This document shows positions 9,295 to 18,292 of a DNA stretch of 64,000 nt, piece by piece; the stretch's first letter is position 1; each line of letters begins with the position of its first letter. The translations under genes were made by a program, and so were the position numbers. The notes under the pieces are model-generated. The model did no database searches, was not told where the DNA came from, and saw nothing but the letters and a program-made list of their open reading frames with translations. This DNA comes from Candidatus Marinacidobacterium sp. (lineage in GTDB: Bacteria > Acidobacteriota > Vicinamibacteria > Marinacidobacterales > Marinacidobacteraceae). The DNA is taken from positions 645,141-709,140 of the forward strand of contig OZ244852.1 in assembly GCA_965220965.1 (NCBI GenBank). The letters are read 5' to 3'.

Positions 9295-10401
9295 ATGACC
9301 GATCCGCACGAATCCCGTCCTCATCCCGACGCGGTCGCATCCGCCCGCGCCGGGCTCGACAGCCACGTCCGCGACATCGTCCGCTGGCACTTCTCGGAAG
9401 ACACCGGCTGCTCCTTCTGGCTCGACTTTCGCGAGCGGCTGGACTTCGATCCGCTCACCGACATCCGGGGTTTCGACGACCTCCGGCGCTTTCCTCCCTT
9501 CGAGGACGACTGGCTCCGGGGCGGGCCGGTCCGGCGGTGGGTCCCGAAGCCCTGGCAGGACCGGCCCCTCTTCGTCTTCGAGACCGGGGGGACGACCGGC
9601 ATTCCCAAGAGCCGCGTCGGCATCACCGACTTTCGCGAGGACTACGAGCTGTTCAGCGAGCTGCTTCCCGACGAGCACTTTCCCCGCGGCTCGAACTGGC
9701 TCATGCTCGGTCCCACCGGACCGCGCCGTCTTCGGCTCTCGGTCGAACACCTCGCCCAGCACCGCGGCGGGATCGCGTTCTGCCTGGACCTCGACCCCCG
9801 CTGGGTCATCAAGCTGATCCGGAAGAACTGGCTGGAGCATCTCCAGGAGTACCAGCGCCACTGCATCGACCAGGCGCTCACGATCCTCTCGGCGGGCCAT
9901 GACATCCAGTGCCTGTTCACGACGCCCAAGCTGCTCGAGGCGCTCTGCCTGGCGCTCGAGGACCGCGGAAGCAGCCTCCGGGAGACGGGGATCCGCGGCA
10001 TCTTTTCCGGGGGCACGGAGTTCACCCCCCAGTGGACGCGGTTCGCGGTCGAGGAACTGCTCGACGGGGTCTACCTCCAGCCCACCTACGGCAACACGCT
10101 CATGGGCCTCGCGCCCGCCCGTCCCCCGACGCCGGCCGACGGCTACACGATCGCCTATTACCCGCCGATGCCACGGGCCGTGCTCGAGGTGGTCGACCCC
10201 GACAGCGGCGAGCTGGTGGACTACGGCGGGACCGGGCGCGTGCGCCTCACGACCCTGACCCGCGAGTTCTTCGTTCCCGGCTTTCTCGAGCGCGACGAGG
10301 GCGAACGCGAACGACCCTGGGGGCCCTACGCCTGGGACGGCGTCAGCGGGGTGCGCCCGTTCGGCCAGCTCCCCGGCGGCACGACCGTCGGGGTCTACTG
10401 A
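9295..10401 (+). CDS. Adenylate-forming enzyme, PaaK / CapK / F390-synthetase-like (COG1541)
   Basis: AMP-binding P-loop FVFETGGTTGIPKS and YGNTLMG motif. 13 bp downstream of the glycosyltransferase. Confidence 0.7.
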   Translation: MTDPHESRPHPDAVASARAGLDSHVRDIVRWHFSEDTGCSFWLDFRERLDFDPLTDIRGFDDLRRFPPFEDDWLRGGPVRRWVPKPWQDRPLFVFETGGTTGIPKSRVGITDFREDYELFSELLPDEHFPRGSNWLMLGPTGPRRLRLSVEHLAQHRGGIAFCLDLDPRWVIKLIRKNWLEHLQEYQRHCIDQALTILSAGHDIQCLFTTPKLLEALCLALEDRGSSLRETGIRGIFSGGTEFTPQWTRFAVEELLDGVYLQPTYGNTLMGLAPARPPTPADGYTIAYYPPMPRAVLEVVDPDSGELVDYGGTGRVRLTTLTREFFVPGFLERDEGERERPWGPYAWDGVSGVRPFGQLPGGTTVGVY

Positions 10402-10474
10402 GCCTCGGCGGCCCGCCCCGGAAGTCCTCCCGCACCCCGGTTCGGGACCCCGGTTCGGGAGGACTCGGCCGGCC

Positions 10475-12526
10475 TCAGTTGGTTTCGGACGCCGTGGTGC
10501 GGTAGCGCTCGAACCAGGCGAGGATGTTGGCGATCTTGCCGATGAGCTGGCTCGGCCGCCGGCTCATGTCGTGCGAAGCCCCCGGAAGCCGGACCACGCC
10601 GGTGTCGATCCGCCGCATCTTGAGCGCGTGGAAGAGCTGGTACGACTCGGACAGGGGTGTCCTCAGGTCCGCCGACCCGGTCACGATCAGGGTGGGCGTC
10701 GTGATGTTCTCCGCCAGCGAGAGCGGCGAGAACTTCCAGTAGGGGGCCGGGTCCTCCCATGGGAGGCCCTCGTAGCGGCTGTGGAAGTAGCCGTACCAGT
10801 TGTCGGCGGTGAGCGTCTTGCTGATCCAGTTGACCACCGGCTTCTGGGAGACCGCGGCGCGGAACCGGTCCGTCTTGCCGACGATCCAGGCGGTCAGGAT
10901 GCCGCCCGCGCTCCCGCCGGTCACGAAGAGGTTGTCCGGGTCGATGTAGCCGCGGGCGATCACCGCGTCCACCCCCGAGATGACGTCGTCGTAGTCCTCG
11001 CCCGGGTAGTTGTGGTAGAGCAGATCCCCGAACTCCTCGCCGTAGCTGGTGCTGCCCCGGGGGTTCGGGTAGAGGACCACGTATCCGGCGGCCGCCATCA
11101 GCTGCATCTCCGCCGAGAAGCGGTCCCCGTAGTTCGAGATCGGCCCGCCGTGGATTTCGAGGATGAGCGGGTAGCGACGGGCGGGATCGAAGTCGGGCGG
11201 CTTCACGATCCATCCGTGGATCGGGTGGCCGTCGAACGATGAATCCCACCAGATCTCCTCGACTTCGCCGAGCGTTCGCCCGGAGAGGAGGTCCTCGTTG
11301 AGCGCGGTGATCCTCCGGACCTCTCCCCCGGGTCGCCCGAGCGCGACCTCGCCGGGCTGATCGGGGCGGGTCTGGTTCATCGCGAACGAGCCGTCGTTCG
11401 CGACCGAGAACGATCCGCCCCCGTAGGGCCGGCCGTAGGAGGCGCCTCCGAGGTCGCCCGCGAGGACGCTGGTCTCCCCGTCGAGGGTGACGAACCCGAC
11501 CTTCGAGTTGCCGAGGTCGTCGTACTGGAAGTAGACGCCGCTCCCGTCGCGCGCCCACACCGGGGCCGACACGCTCCGGTCGAGGCCCGCCGTCAGCACC
11601 CGCCGCCCGCTGCCGTCGAGGTTCATCACCTCGAGGCGGCGCACCTGGTAGGTGCGCACGCGGTCCTCGTTGCTGATGAAGGCCACGCTCTGTCCGTCAG
11701 GGGAGACGGCCGGGCTCTGGTCCGGTCCGTTGCGATCGGTCAGCGCGCGGATCTCCCCGCCGGCCGCCGGCGCGATGTAGAGCTCGGAGTTGCGGTAGTC
11801 GTAGACCCAGTCGGGCTTGCGGTTCGAGGAGAACACCAGGTTCTGGCTGTCCGGCGTCCAGGCGGCCGGGCTGGCGTGATGGAAGTCCCCGGAAGTCACC
11901 TGGACCGGGGTGCCCCCTTCGGCCGACACCACGAAGAGGTGCTGGAACCCGAAATCCAGGTAACCGACGCCGTCCTGCCGGTTCCGGAAACGGTCCTCGA
12001 GGATCGGCGGGTCGGCCCACTCGGCGCCCGGCGGCGGCCTCGGCGGCGCCGTCAGGCTCGGCGCCGGATGGGGAACGAGCATGTTGAACGCGATGTGGCG
12101 CCCGTCGGGCGACCAGCGGATCGCGCGCGGGGACTCGAGGAGCTGGGTGAGCGTGGTGGTGTCTCCGGTGTCCATCCAGCGCAGTTGAATCTGGCCGTCA
12201 GCGATGTAGGCCAGCCGGTCGCCGCCCGGGGACCAGCGGGGGGTCGTTCCGGCGCCGAGGCGGCGGTGGTCCCCTCCGTCGGCGTTCACGACCCACAGTT
12301 CGCGCCGCTGCCGGTCGCGCTGGATGTCCATCGACGTGCGGACATAGACCACGCGTTCGCCGTCGGGAGAGATCTGCGGGTCGGCCGCGAATTCGAGCTG
12401 GAACACGTCCATCGGCTCGAAATGGCCCGAGGCCTGGCCGGCCGTCTCGGCCGGATGCAACAGCAGGGTCAGCGCCGCCGCGAGCATCCCGGCGGAGAAG
12501 GGCGACAGGCGAGAGAACGTAGACAT
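10475..12526 (-). CDS. S9 family peptidase (acylaminoacyl-peptidase / prolyl oligopeptidase) with N-terminal beta-propeller, secreted
   Basis: Start ATG at 12526 (MSTFSRLSPFSAGMLAAALTLLLHPAETAGQ). SPDG repeat blades. Catalytic serine GGSAGG plus C-terminal Asp/His region of the alpha/beta hydrolase fold. Confidence 0.85.
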   Translation of the reverse strand: MSTFSRLSPFSAGMLAAALTLLLHPAETAGQASGHFEPMDVFQLEFAADPQISPDGERVVYVRTSMDIQRDRQRRELWVVNADGGDHRRLGAGTTPRWSPGGDRLAYIADGQIQLRWMDTGDTTTLTQLLESPRAIRWSPDGRHIAFNMLVPHPAPSLTAPPRPPPGAEWADPPILEDRFRNRQDGVGYLDFGFQHLFVVSAEGGTPVQVTSGDFHHASPAAWTPDSQNLVFSSNRKPDWVYDYRNSELYIAPAAGGEIRALTDRNGPDQSPAVSPDGQSVAFISNEDRVRTYQVRRLEVMNLDGSGRRVLTAGLDRSVSAPVWARDGSGVYFQYDDLGNSKVGFVTLDGETSVLAGDLGGASYGRPYGGGSFSVANDGSFAMNQTRPDQPGEVALGRPGGEVRRITALNEDLLSGRTLGEVEEIWWDSSFDGHPIHGWIVKPPDFDPARRYPLILEIHGGPISNYGDRFSAEMQLMAAAGYVVLYPNPRGSTSYGEEFGDLLYHNYPGEDYDDVISGVDAVIARGYIDPDNLFVTGGSAGGILTAWIVGKTDRFRAAVSQKPVVNWISKTLTADNWYGYFHSRYEGLPWEDPAPYWKFSPLSLAENITTPTLIVTGSADLRTPLSESYQLFHALKMRRIDTGVVRLPGASHDMSRRPSQLIGKIANILAWFERYRTTASETN

Positions 12527-12663
12527 CGGATGACTCCTGGGCGGGCGGGTCGGGACGGGCGAGTCCCGAAGCGGCGTTTCCGGTTCGCAGATCATGACCG
12601 AACCGGGTCAGGGAGATCCCGGCCGCACCCGGAACCGCCGGCGCTCGGTACACTGGCGCCACC

Positions 12664-14085
12664 GTGATTCGCGTTCCCGTCCTTCGCTGGGGCCAGCCCT
12701 ACCAGAGCCTCGAAACCAACACCGTCAGTCACTTCCTGAGCGGTGAAGCGGTCGCTGAAGTCGACCAGGCGCCCGGGGGGATCGTCCGCCGCGACCTGCG
12801 GAAGGCGGGTCGGGCGCGCCAGATCCTCCGCGAGATCCCGAGCCGGGAGATCCTCGGGATGATGAAGGAGGCGGCCCGCCTCTACCAGGAGGAGGAGCTC
12901 CCTCTGGGCGATGGCCGGCAGTCCCCCTCGGACTTCGTGCGGGCGCAGTCGGCGACGACCGGCCTGCCCGAGTCCATGTGCCGGGCCAACATGGAGAAGA
13001 ACCGGTTCGTCCTCGAGCGGATGGACCAGGTCCTCGACTCGCTGACGCGCGGGCTCGACCTCGACATCCTCGCCAGCGGCCACGGGGTCGAGGACCGGGG
13101 CGTGCCGGTGTCCTACCAGGCGCAGACCCCGGTCCTCGGCTGCGTCCTGCCGTCCAACTCTCCGGGAGTCCACACGCTCTGGCTGCCGGTCATCCCGATG
13201 CGGATCGGGCTGGTGCTGAAGCCCGGCCCGGAGGAGCCCTGGACGCCCTACCGGATGGCGGAGGCGTTCTTCGCCGCCGGCGTTCCCCGCGAGGCCATCG
13301 CGGTCTATCCGGGAGGCGCCGATGTGGGCGCCGCCGTCGTCGAGGCCGCCCCAAAGAGCCTCATCTTCGGAAGCCGCGCCACCGTGGAGCGCTACCGCTC
13401 GAATCCCGGCGTCCGGGTGCATGGCCCCGGCTTCTCCAAGATCCTGCTGGGCGACGATGTTGTGGACGAATGGGAGAAGCACCTCGACCTGCTGGTGGAC
13501 AGCGTCTTCCAGAACAGCGGCCGTAGCTGCATTTCCTGTTCGGGGATCTGGGCTTCACGCCACACCGAGGAGATCGCCGAGGCGCTCGCCGAGCGGCTGG
13601 GGCCGGTGGCCCCGCGGCCTCCCGAGGACCCGGAGAGCGCGCTCGCGGCGTTCACCGTGCCCGGCGTGGCCGACGCCATCAATCAGGACATCGACGACCG
13701 GGTCGCGGCCGGCGGCGCCGAGGAGGTGACGGCGCCGCTCCGGGGCGGCCCGCGGCTCGTCAAGGAGGGGAACGCGGCGTGGCTGCGTCCCACCGTCGTC
13801 CACTGCGACGGCCCGGAGCGGCAGGCGGCGAACGTGGAATACATGTTCCCCTTCGCCTCGGTGGTCCGTTGCCCGCAGGAGAAGATGCTCGACCACATCG
13901 GGGACACCCTGGTGGCCACCGCGATCACCGGGGACAGCGGTTTTCGCGAGGCGCTCCTCGAGTCCCCGTCGGTCGACCGCCTGAATCTCGGACCCATCCC
14001 CACGAACCGCATCAACTGGCTGCAGCCGCACGAGGGAAACATCCTCGATGTCCTCTACCGCGCCCGCGCCTTCCAGAGCGCCTGA
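12664..14085 (+). CDS. Aldehyde dehydrogenase family protein
   Basis: GTG start. ALDH-like core (LKPGPEEP, catalytic-Cys region NSGRSCISCSG), 473 aa. Confidence 0.75.
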   Translation: MIRVPVLRWGQPYQSLETNTVSHFLSGEAVAEVDQAPGGIVRRDLRKAGRARQILREIPSREILGMMKEAARLYQEEELPLGDGRQSPSDFVRAQSATTGLPESMCRANMEKNRFVLERMDQVLDSLTRGLDLDILASGHGVEDRGVPVSYQAQTPVLGCVLPSNSPGVHTLWLPVIPMRIGLVLKPGPEEPWTPYRMAEAFFAAGVPREAIAVYPGGADVGAAVVEAAPKSLIFGSRATVERYRSNPGVRVHGPGFSKILLGDDVVDEWEKHLDLLVDSVFQNSGRSCISCSGIWASRHTEEIAEALAERLGPVAPRPPEDPESALAAFTVPGVADAINQDIDDRVAAGGAEEVTAPLRGGPRLVKEGNAAWLRPTVVHCDGPERQAANVEYMFPFASVVRCPQEKMLDHIGDTLVATAITGDSGFREALLESPSVDRLNLGPIPTNRINWLQPHEGNILDVLYRARAFQSA

Positions 14086-14797
14086 GGGCGCCGCGCTGCG
14101 GGAGGCCGGCGAGACGGCTTCGGCGAGCGAGGGCCTGATCGTTCGCGGGCTCGTCAAGGACTACGCCGGGCCCGGAGGCCTGCTGCGGGTGCTCGACGGC
14201 GTCGACCTCGAGGCCGGTCCCGGGGAGGCGCTCTCGATCATGGGAGCGTCGGGCTGCGGCAAGAGCACGCTCCTCTTCCTGCTGGGGGCGATCGAGTCGC
14301 CCTCCGACGGGGAGGTGCGTCTCGCCGGGGTGGACCCTCACGAACTGGATCCTGACGAGCAGGCCCGGTTCCGGCGCGACGAGGTGGGGTTCGTGTTCCA
14401 GGACCACTGCCTCCTTCCCCAGTGCACCGCGCTCGAGAACGTGCTCACCCCGACTCTTCCCGACCCGCGGCCCGGCGACCGGGACCGCGCGGTGGAGCTC
14501 CTCGACCGGGTGGGGCTGTCGGCGCGCCGCGACCATCTGCCGGCGGAGCTCTCCGGGGGCGAGAAACAGCGGGTCGCGATCGCGCGCGCGCTCGTGCGGC
14601 GACCGGGCCTCCTGCTGTGCGACGAGCCCACCGGGAACCTCGACGGGGAGGCGGCGGCCCGCGTCGCCGAACTGCTGGTGGATCGCGGCGCGGTGGGCGC
14701 GGGATGCATCGTGGTTCTGGTGACCCATGATCCGGGCCTGGGCGCCCGCTTCGACCGGGGTTACCGCATGGAGCGCGGCCGGCTCAAAGCCGCCTGA
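14048..14797 (+). CDS. ABC transporter ATP-binding protein (LolD/MacB-type)
   Basis: Walker A GASGCGKST, signature LSGGEKQRVAIARAL, Walker B LLLCDEPTGNLD. Listed start overlaps the ALDH gene by 38 nt; a downstream start is possible. Confidence 0.85.
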   Translation: MSSTAPAPSRAPEGAALREAGETASASEGLIVRGLVKDYAGPGGLLRVLDGVDLEAGPGEALSIMGASGCGKSTLLFLLGAIESPSDGEVRLAGVDPHELDPDEQARFRRDEVGFVFQDHCLLPQCTALENVLTPTLPDPRPGDRDRAVELLDRVGLSARRDHLPAELSGGEKQRVAIARALVRRPGLLLCDEPTGNLDGEAAARVAELLVDRGAVGAGCIVVLVTHDPGLGARFDRGYRMERGRLKAA

Positions 14798-14809
14798 GGG
14801 ACGGCGCGG

Positions 14810-17800
14810 ATGGCCCGGGGTTCCGCAGACGTCGTCCGGCCGGCCCTGCGGGGTCTGATCCACTACCGGCGCGGGCACCTCCTCGTCGCCGCCGCCACCG
14901 CGGTTGCGGCGGCAGTTCTCGTCGGAGCGCTCGCGGTGGGCGATTCGGTCCGGGGCAGCCTCCGCGCCGTCTTCACCGAGCGGCTGGGAGAGGCCGACTT
15001 CGCGGTCCTCCCGCGCCATCCGTTCTCCGACGATCCGGCGACCGGGCTCGCGGCGCGGTTGGCGTCGCAACTCGAGCGGGAAGCTCCCGGATGGTTCGAG
15101 TCGCCGGCGCCGGCGCTGCGGCTCATGGGCGCGGTGTTTCTCCCGGACGGAGCTCCGGAGGCCGTCACCGTGTTCGGCGTCGACGACCGATATTTCGCGC
15201 TTCACCGGGTTCCGGGGCCGGTCTCGCCGGGCGCCGTCCGGGTGAGCCCCGGGCTGGCGCTTCAGGGCATCGAGCCCGGCGACTCGCTGCTGATCCGGGT
15301 GGACGGCGTCTCCGGGATCGCCTCGGCGTCGTTCTTCGGAGACAAGGGCGCCTCCGCGCTCACGTTCCGCCGCACGGTGGAGGCCTGGGCCGAGCCCCGT
15401 CCCGGCCCCGCCTCGGGCGGGTTCTCGCTGTTCCCGGTCCAGGGACCGGTGCGAGCCGTCTTTCTGCCGCTCGGCGAGCTTCGCGCGCTCCTCGACGAGG
15501 ACTTCGGGGGGCCGCCCCGGGCCAACGCGCTCCTATTCCGGGCCGCCGGCGCGGCTGGCGCCGGGGACGAGGGAGAGGCGGTGCTGGCCGCCGCCCTCGA
15601 TGCGACCGCCTCGCTGGACGACCGCGGGCTCGGACTGCGCCGGGGCGAGTCCGGCGACCTGGTGCTGGAGAGCCGGAGCCTCGCGCTCGCCGACCACGAG
15701 GTGGACGGGGCGGTCCGCGCCGCCGAGGCCCGGGGACTTCGGGCAGCGCCGGTGCTTACCTGGCTCGCGACCTCGATGGCGGCGAACGGACGCGAGACTC
15801 CGTATTCGCTGGTGGCCGGGCTTCCCGAGGGCTGGTTCCCTCCGGACGACGACCCCGGCGATGTTCTGCTCCCCGGGCCCTGGCTCACCGAGGATCTCGA
15901 CCTAACCGGGGGCGACGCGATCGAGGTGTCCTACCTTGTTTGGGACGAGGCGGGACGGTTCGAGGCCGCCGCCGCCTCGCTGCCGGTGGGGCCGGGGGTC
16001 GCCCTCGACGGGGTGTTCCGCGATACCACCCTGGCCCCGGAGTTGCCCGGCGTCACCGACTCGGCGCGGATGGGCGACTGGGACCCGCCGTTTCCGCTGG
16101 ACCTGAGCCGGATCCGGGACCGGGACGAAGAGTACTGGGACGACTTCGGCGCGCTTCCGAAGGCGTTCGTGCCCTACGCCACCGCGCGGCGCCTCTGGGA
16201 GATGCGACAGGGGAGCGCAACATCTGTCAGGTTCCGGAGCGAGGGGAGCGCGTCTCTGGATCCCCTCCCGCTCGAAGAATCGCTCGTGGCGGAGCTTCCC
16301 GCCGCCGACTTCGGGCTCGCTCCGGTCGCGGTGCGGGCGCAGGGGCTCGAGGCCTCCCGGGGCGCGACCGACTTCGGGATCTATTTCCTCTACTTCTCGT
16401 GGTTCCTGCTGGTCTCGGCGTTCGTTCTCATCGCCCTGCTGTTCCGGCTGGGGATCGAGCGGCGGCTGCGGGAGATCGGCCTCCTGCTCGCCTGCGGCTG
16501 GCCGCCGAAGCGGGTCTCGCGGACGCTCCTCCTCGAGTCCCTGATCGTCGCCACTGTCGGCGTCGTGGTGGGTTCGGCGCTCGGCCTTCTCTATGCCCGG
16601 GGCATGGTGGGGCTTCTCTCCGGCGTGTGGGGGGGCGCGGTGACCGGGACGCTCGCCGCCTCCGACGGAGGGGCGGAGGCGCCGCTTCAGCTCTTCGTGA
16701 GCTGGGGTTCGGTCACCATGGGGGCGCTGGGCGCGCTCGAGATGGCCCTGATCGCCGCCTGGTGGACCACCCGGCGGCTCGTAAGACTCCCCCCGCGACC
16801 CCTCCTCGCCGGGAGCCTGCCGACCAGCGACGCGGCCGGCCCGCTCCCGGCGCCCGATCCCGGACGCCGCGCGCGTCGGCTGGCCGTCGGTCTCGCGGTC
16901 GTCGGCGTCGGCCTCGCGGGGGCGGCCGCGGCCGGGATCGTTCCGGAGACGGGCGGTTTCTTCGGAGCGGGGTCGGCGCTGCTCGCGGCCGGGCTCGCCG
17001 CCGGCTGGCGGCGCCTGGTGGCCGCCGGGGCCGGAGGCGCGCTCGCCGGGTTGCGGGAACTCGCTTTCCGGGCGGCCGGTTTCCGCCCGGGCCGAAGTCT
17101 CGCCGCCATGGCGCTGGTGGCCTTCGCGGCCTTCACCCTGGTCGCGGTGGAGTCGTTCCGCAAGCAGTCGGGCGCCGGTGGTCTGCCCGAAGGCGTCGGC
17201 GGGGTCCTTGCGCTCACCGAGACGGTGCTGGGGGCGCCGTGGGACCCGACGACCGCCGAGGGGCAGGAGGCGCTCAACCTGCCGGCCGGCCTCGAAGGGT
17301 TCCGGGTGAGCCCGCTTCGTCTCGCCGGCCACGAGGACGCCAGTTGTCTCAATCTCTACCGCCCGGCGCGGCCGCGGGTGCTGGGCGTCCCCCCGACGCT
17401 GCGCGAGGAGAACCGGTTCCCGTTCGCGGCGCACATGGGCGAGACCGCGGCGGAGACCGCGAATCCCTGGCGCCTCCTCGAGCGCGCGCGGGCGCCCTCG
17501 GACCCCATCCCGGTGATCGGCGACCAGAACTCGATGACGTACGTCCTCAAGTGGCCGGTCGGCGAGGAGCGTTCCTACCCCATCGGGGACGGGGGCGCTC
17601 CGGTCCGGTTGCGGCTGGTGGCGACGCTTTGGGACAGCCTCTTCCAGGGGGAGCTGCTGATGGCGGAGGAGGATCTGCTGGACTCGCTGCCGGTCGAGGA
17701 CGGCTACCGCATGTTCCTGGTGGACCGGCCCGGCGAGGTCCCGGTCGGCGCCGAGGCGCTCGCTGCGGCGGAGTCCGCAGCCACGGCGCTCCTCGCCGAT

Positions 17801-18253
17801 GCGCTCTCGGACTACGGAGCGGCCTCCACCGCCGCCCGCGCCCGGCTCGAGAGCTTCCACCAGGTGGAGAACACTTACCTCTCCACCTTCCAGGCGCTCG
17901 GCGGCCTCGGGCTCCTGCTCGGAACGCTGGGGCTCGGCGCGGTGCTCCTGCGGAACGCCGACGAGCGGAAGAAGGAGTGGGCGCTGCTCGCGGCGGCGGG
18001 CTACCGGCGGCGCGACTTCGCTTCGCTCGGTTTCTGGGAGAACGCGCTCCTCCTCCTCGCCGGCGTCGGGGTCGGCGCCGGCGCGGCCATCGTCTCGGTC
18101 CTCCCGGTGCTCGGCCAGCGGGGCGCCGGCGGGAGTCTCGGGCTCCTCGCCGTTCTCCTCTCCGGGATCGTGGCGTTCGGCCTGCTCACCGGCGCGCTCG
18201 CCGCCCGCCGCGCCGCCACCCGACCCATCCTCCCGGCGCTCCGCGCCGAGTGA
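14810..18253 (+). CDS. FtsX-like ABC transporter permease with duplicated MacB_PCD/FtsX modules (1147 aa)
   Basis: Two FtsX-type 4-TM blocks, each preceded by a large extracytoplasmic domain. Follows the ATPase by 12 nt. The alternative 1139-aa ORF in another frame is R/G-rich junk. Confidence 0.8.
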   Translation: MARGSADVVRPALRGLIHYRRGHLLVAAATAVAAAVLVGALAVGDSVRGSLRAVFTERLGEADFAVLPRHPFSDDPATGLAARLASQLEREAPGWFESPAPALRLMGAVFLPDGAPEAVTVFGVDDRYFALHRVPGPVSPGAVRVSPGLALQGIEPGDSLLIRVDGVSGIASASFFGDKGASALTFRRTVEAWAEPRPGPASGGFSLFPVQGPVRAVFLPLGELRALLDEDFGGPPRANALLFRAAGAAGAGDEGEAVLAAALDATASLDDRGLGLRRGESGDLVLESRSLALADHEVDGAVRAAEARGLRAAPVLTWLATSMAANGRETPYSLVAGLPEGWFPPDDDPGDVLLPGPWLTEDLDLTGGDAIEVSYLVWDEAGRFEAAAASLPVGPGVALDGVFRDTTLAPELPGVTDSARMGDWDPPFPLDLSRIRDRDEEYWDDFGALPKAFVPYATARRLWEMRQGSATSVRFRSEGSASLDPLPLEESLVAELPAADFGLAPVAVRAQGLEASRGATDFGIYFLYFSWFLLVSAFVLIALLFRLGIERRLREIGLLLACGWPPKRVSRTLLLESLIVATVGVVVGSALGLLYARGMVGLLSGVWGGAVTGTLAASDGGAEAPLQLFVSWGSVTMGALGALEMALIAAWWTTRRLVRLPPRPLLAGSLPTSDAAGPLPAPDPGRRARRLAVGLAVVGVGLAGAAAAGIVPETGGFFGAGSALLAAGLAAGWRRLVAAGAGGALAGLRELAFRAAGFRPGRSLAAMALVAFAAFTLVAVESFRKQSGAGGLPEGVGGVLALTETVLGAPWDPTTAEGQEALNLPAGLEGFRVSPLRLAGHEDASCLNLYRPARPRVLGVPPTLREENRFPFAAHMGETAAETANPWRLLERARAPSDPIPVIGDQNSMTYVLKWPVGEERSYPIGDGGAPVRLRLVATLWDSLFQGELLMAEEDLLDSLPVEDGYRMFLVDRPGEVPVGAEALAAAESAATALLADALSDYGAASTAARARLESFHQVENTYLSTFQALGGLGLLLGTLGLGAVLLRNADERKKEWALLAAAGYRRRDFASLGFWENALLLLAGVGVGAGAAIVSVLPVLGQRGAGGSLGLLAVLLSGIVAFGLLTGALAARRAATRPILPALRAE

Positions 18254-18292
18254 GGGCGGGACCCGGGCGTACGATTCAGCAGCGGAGCCTTC

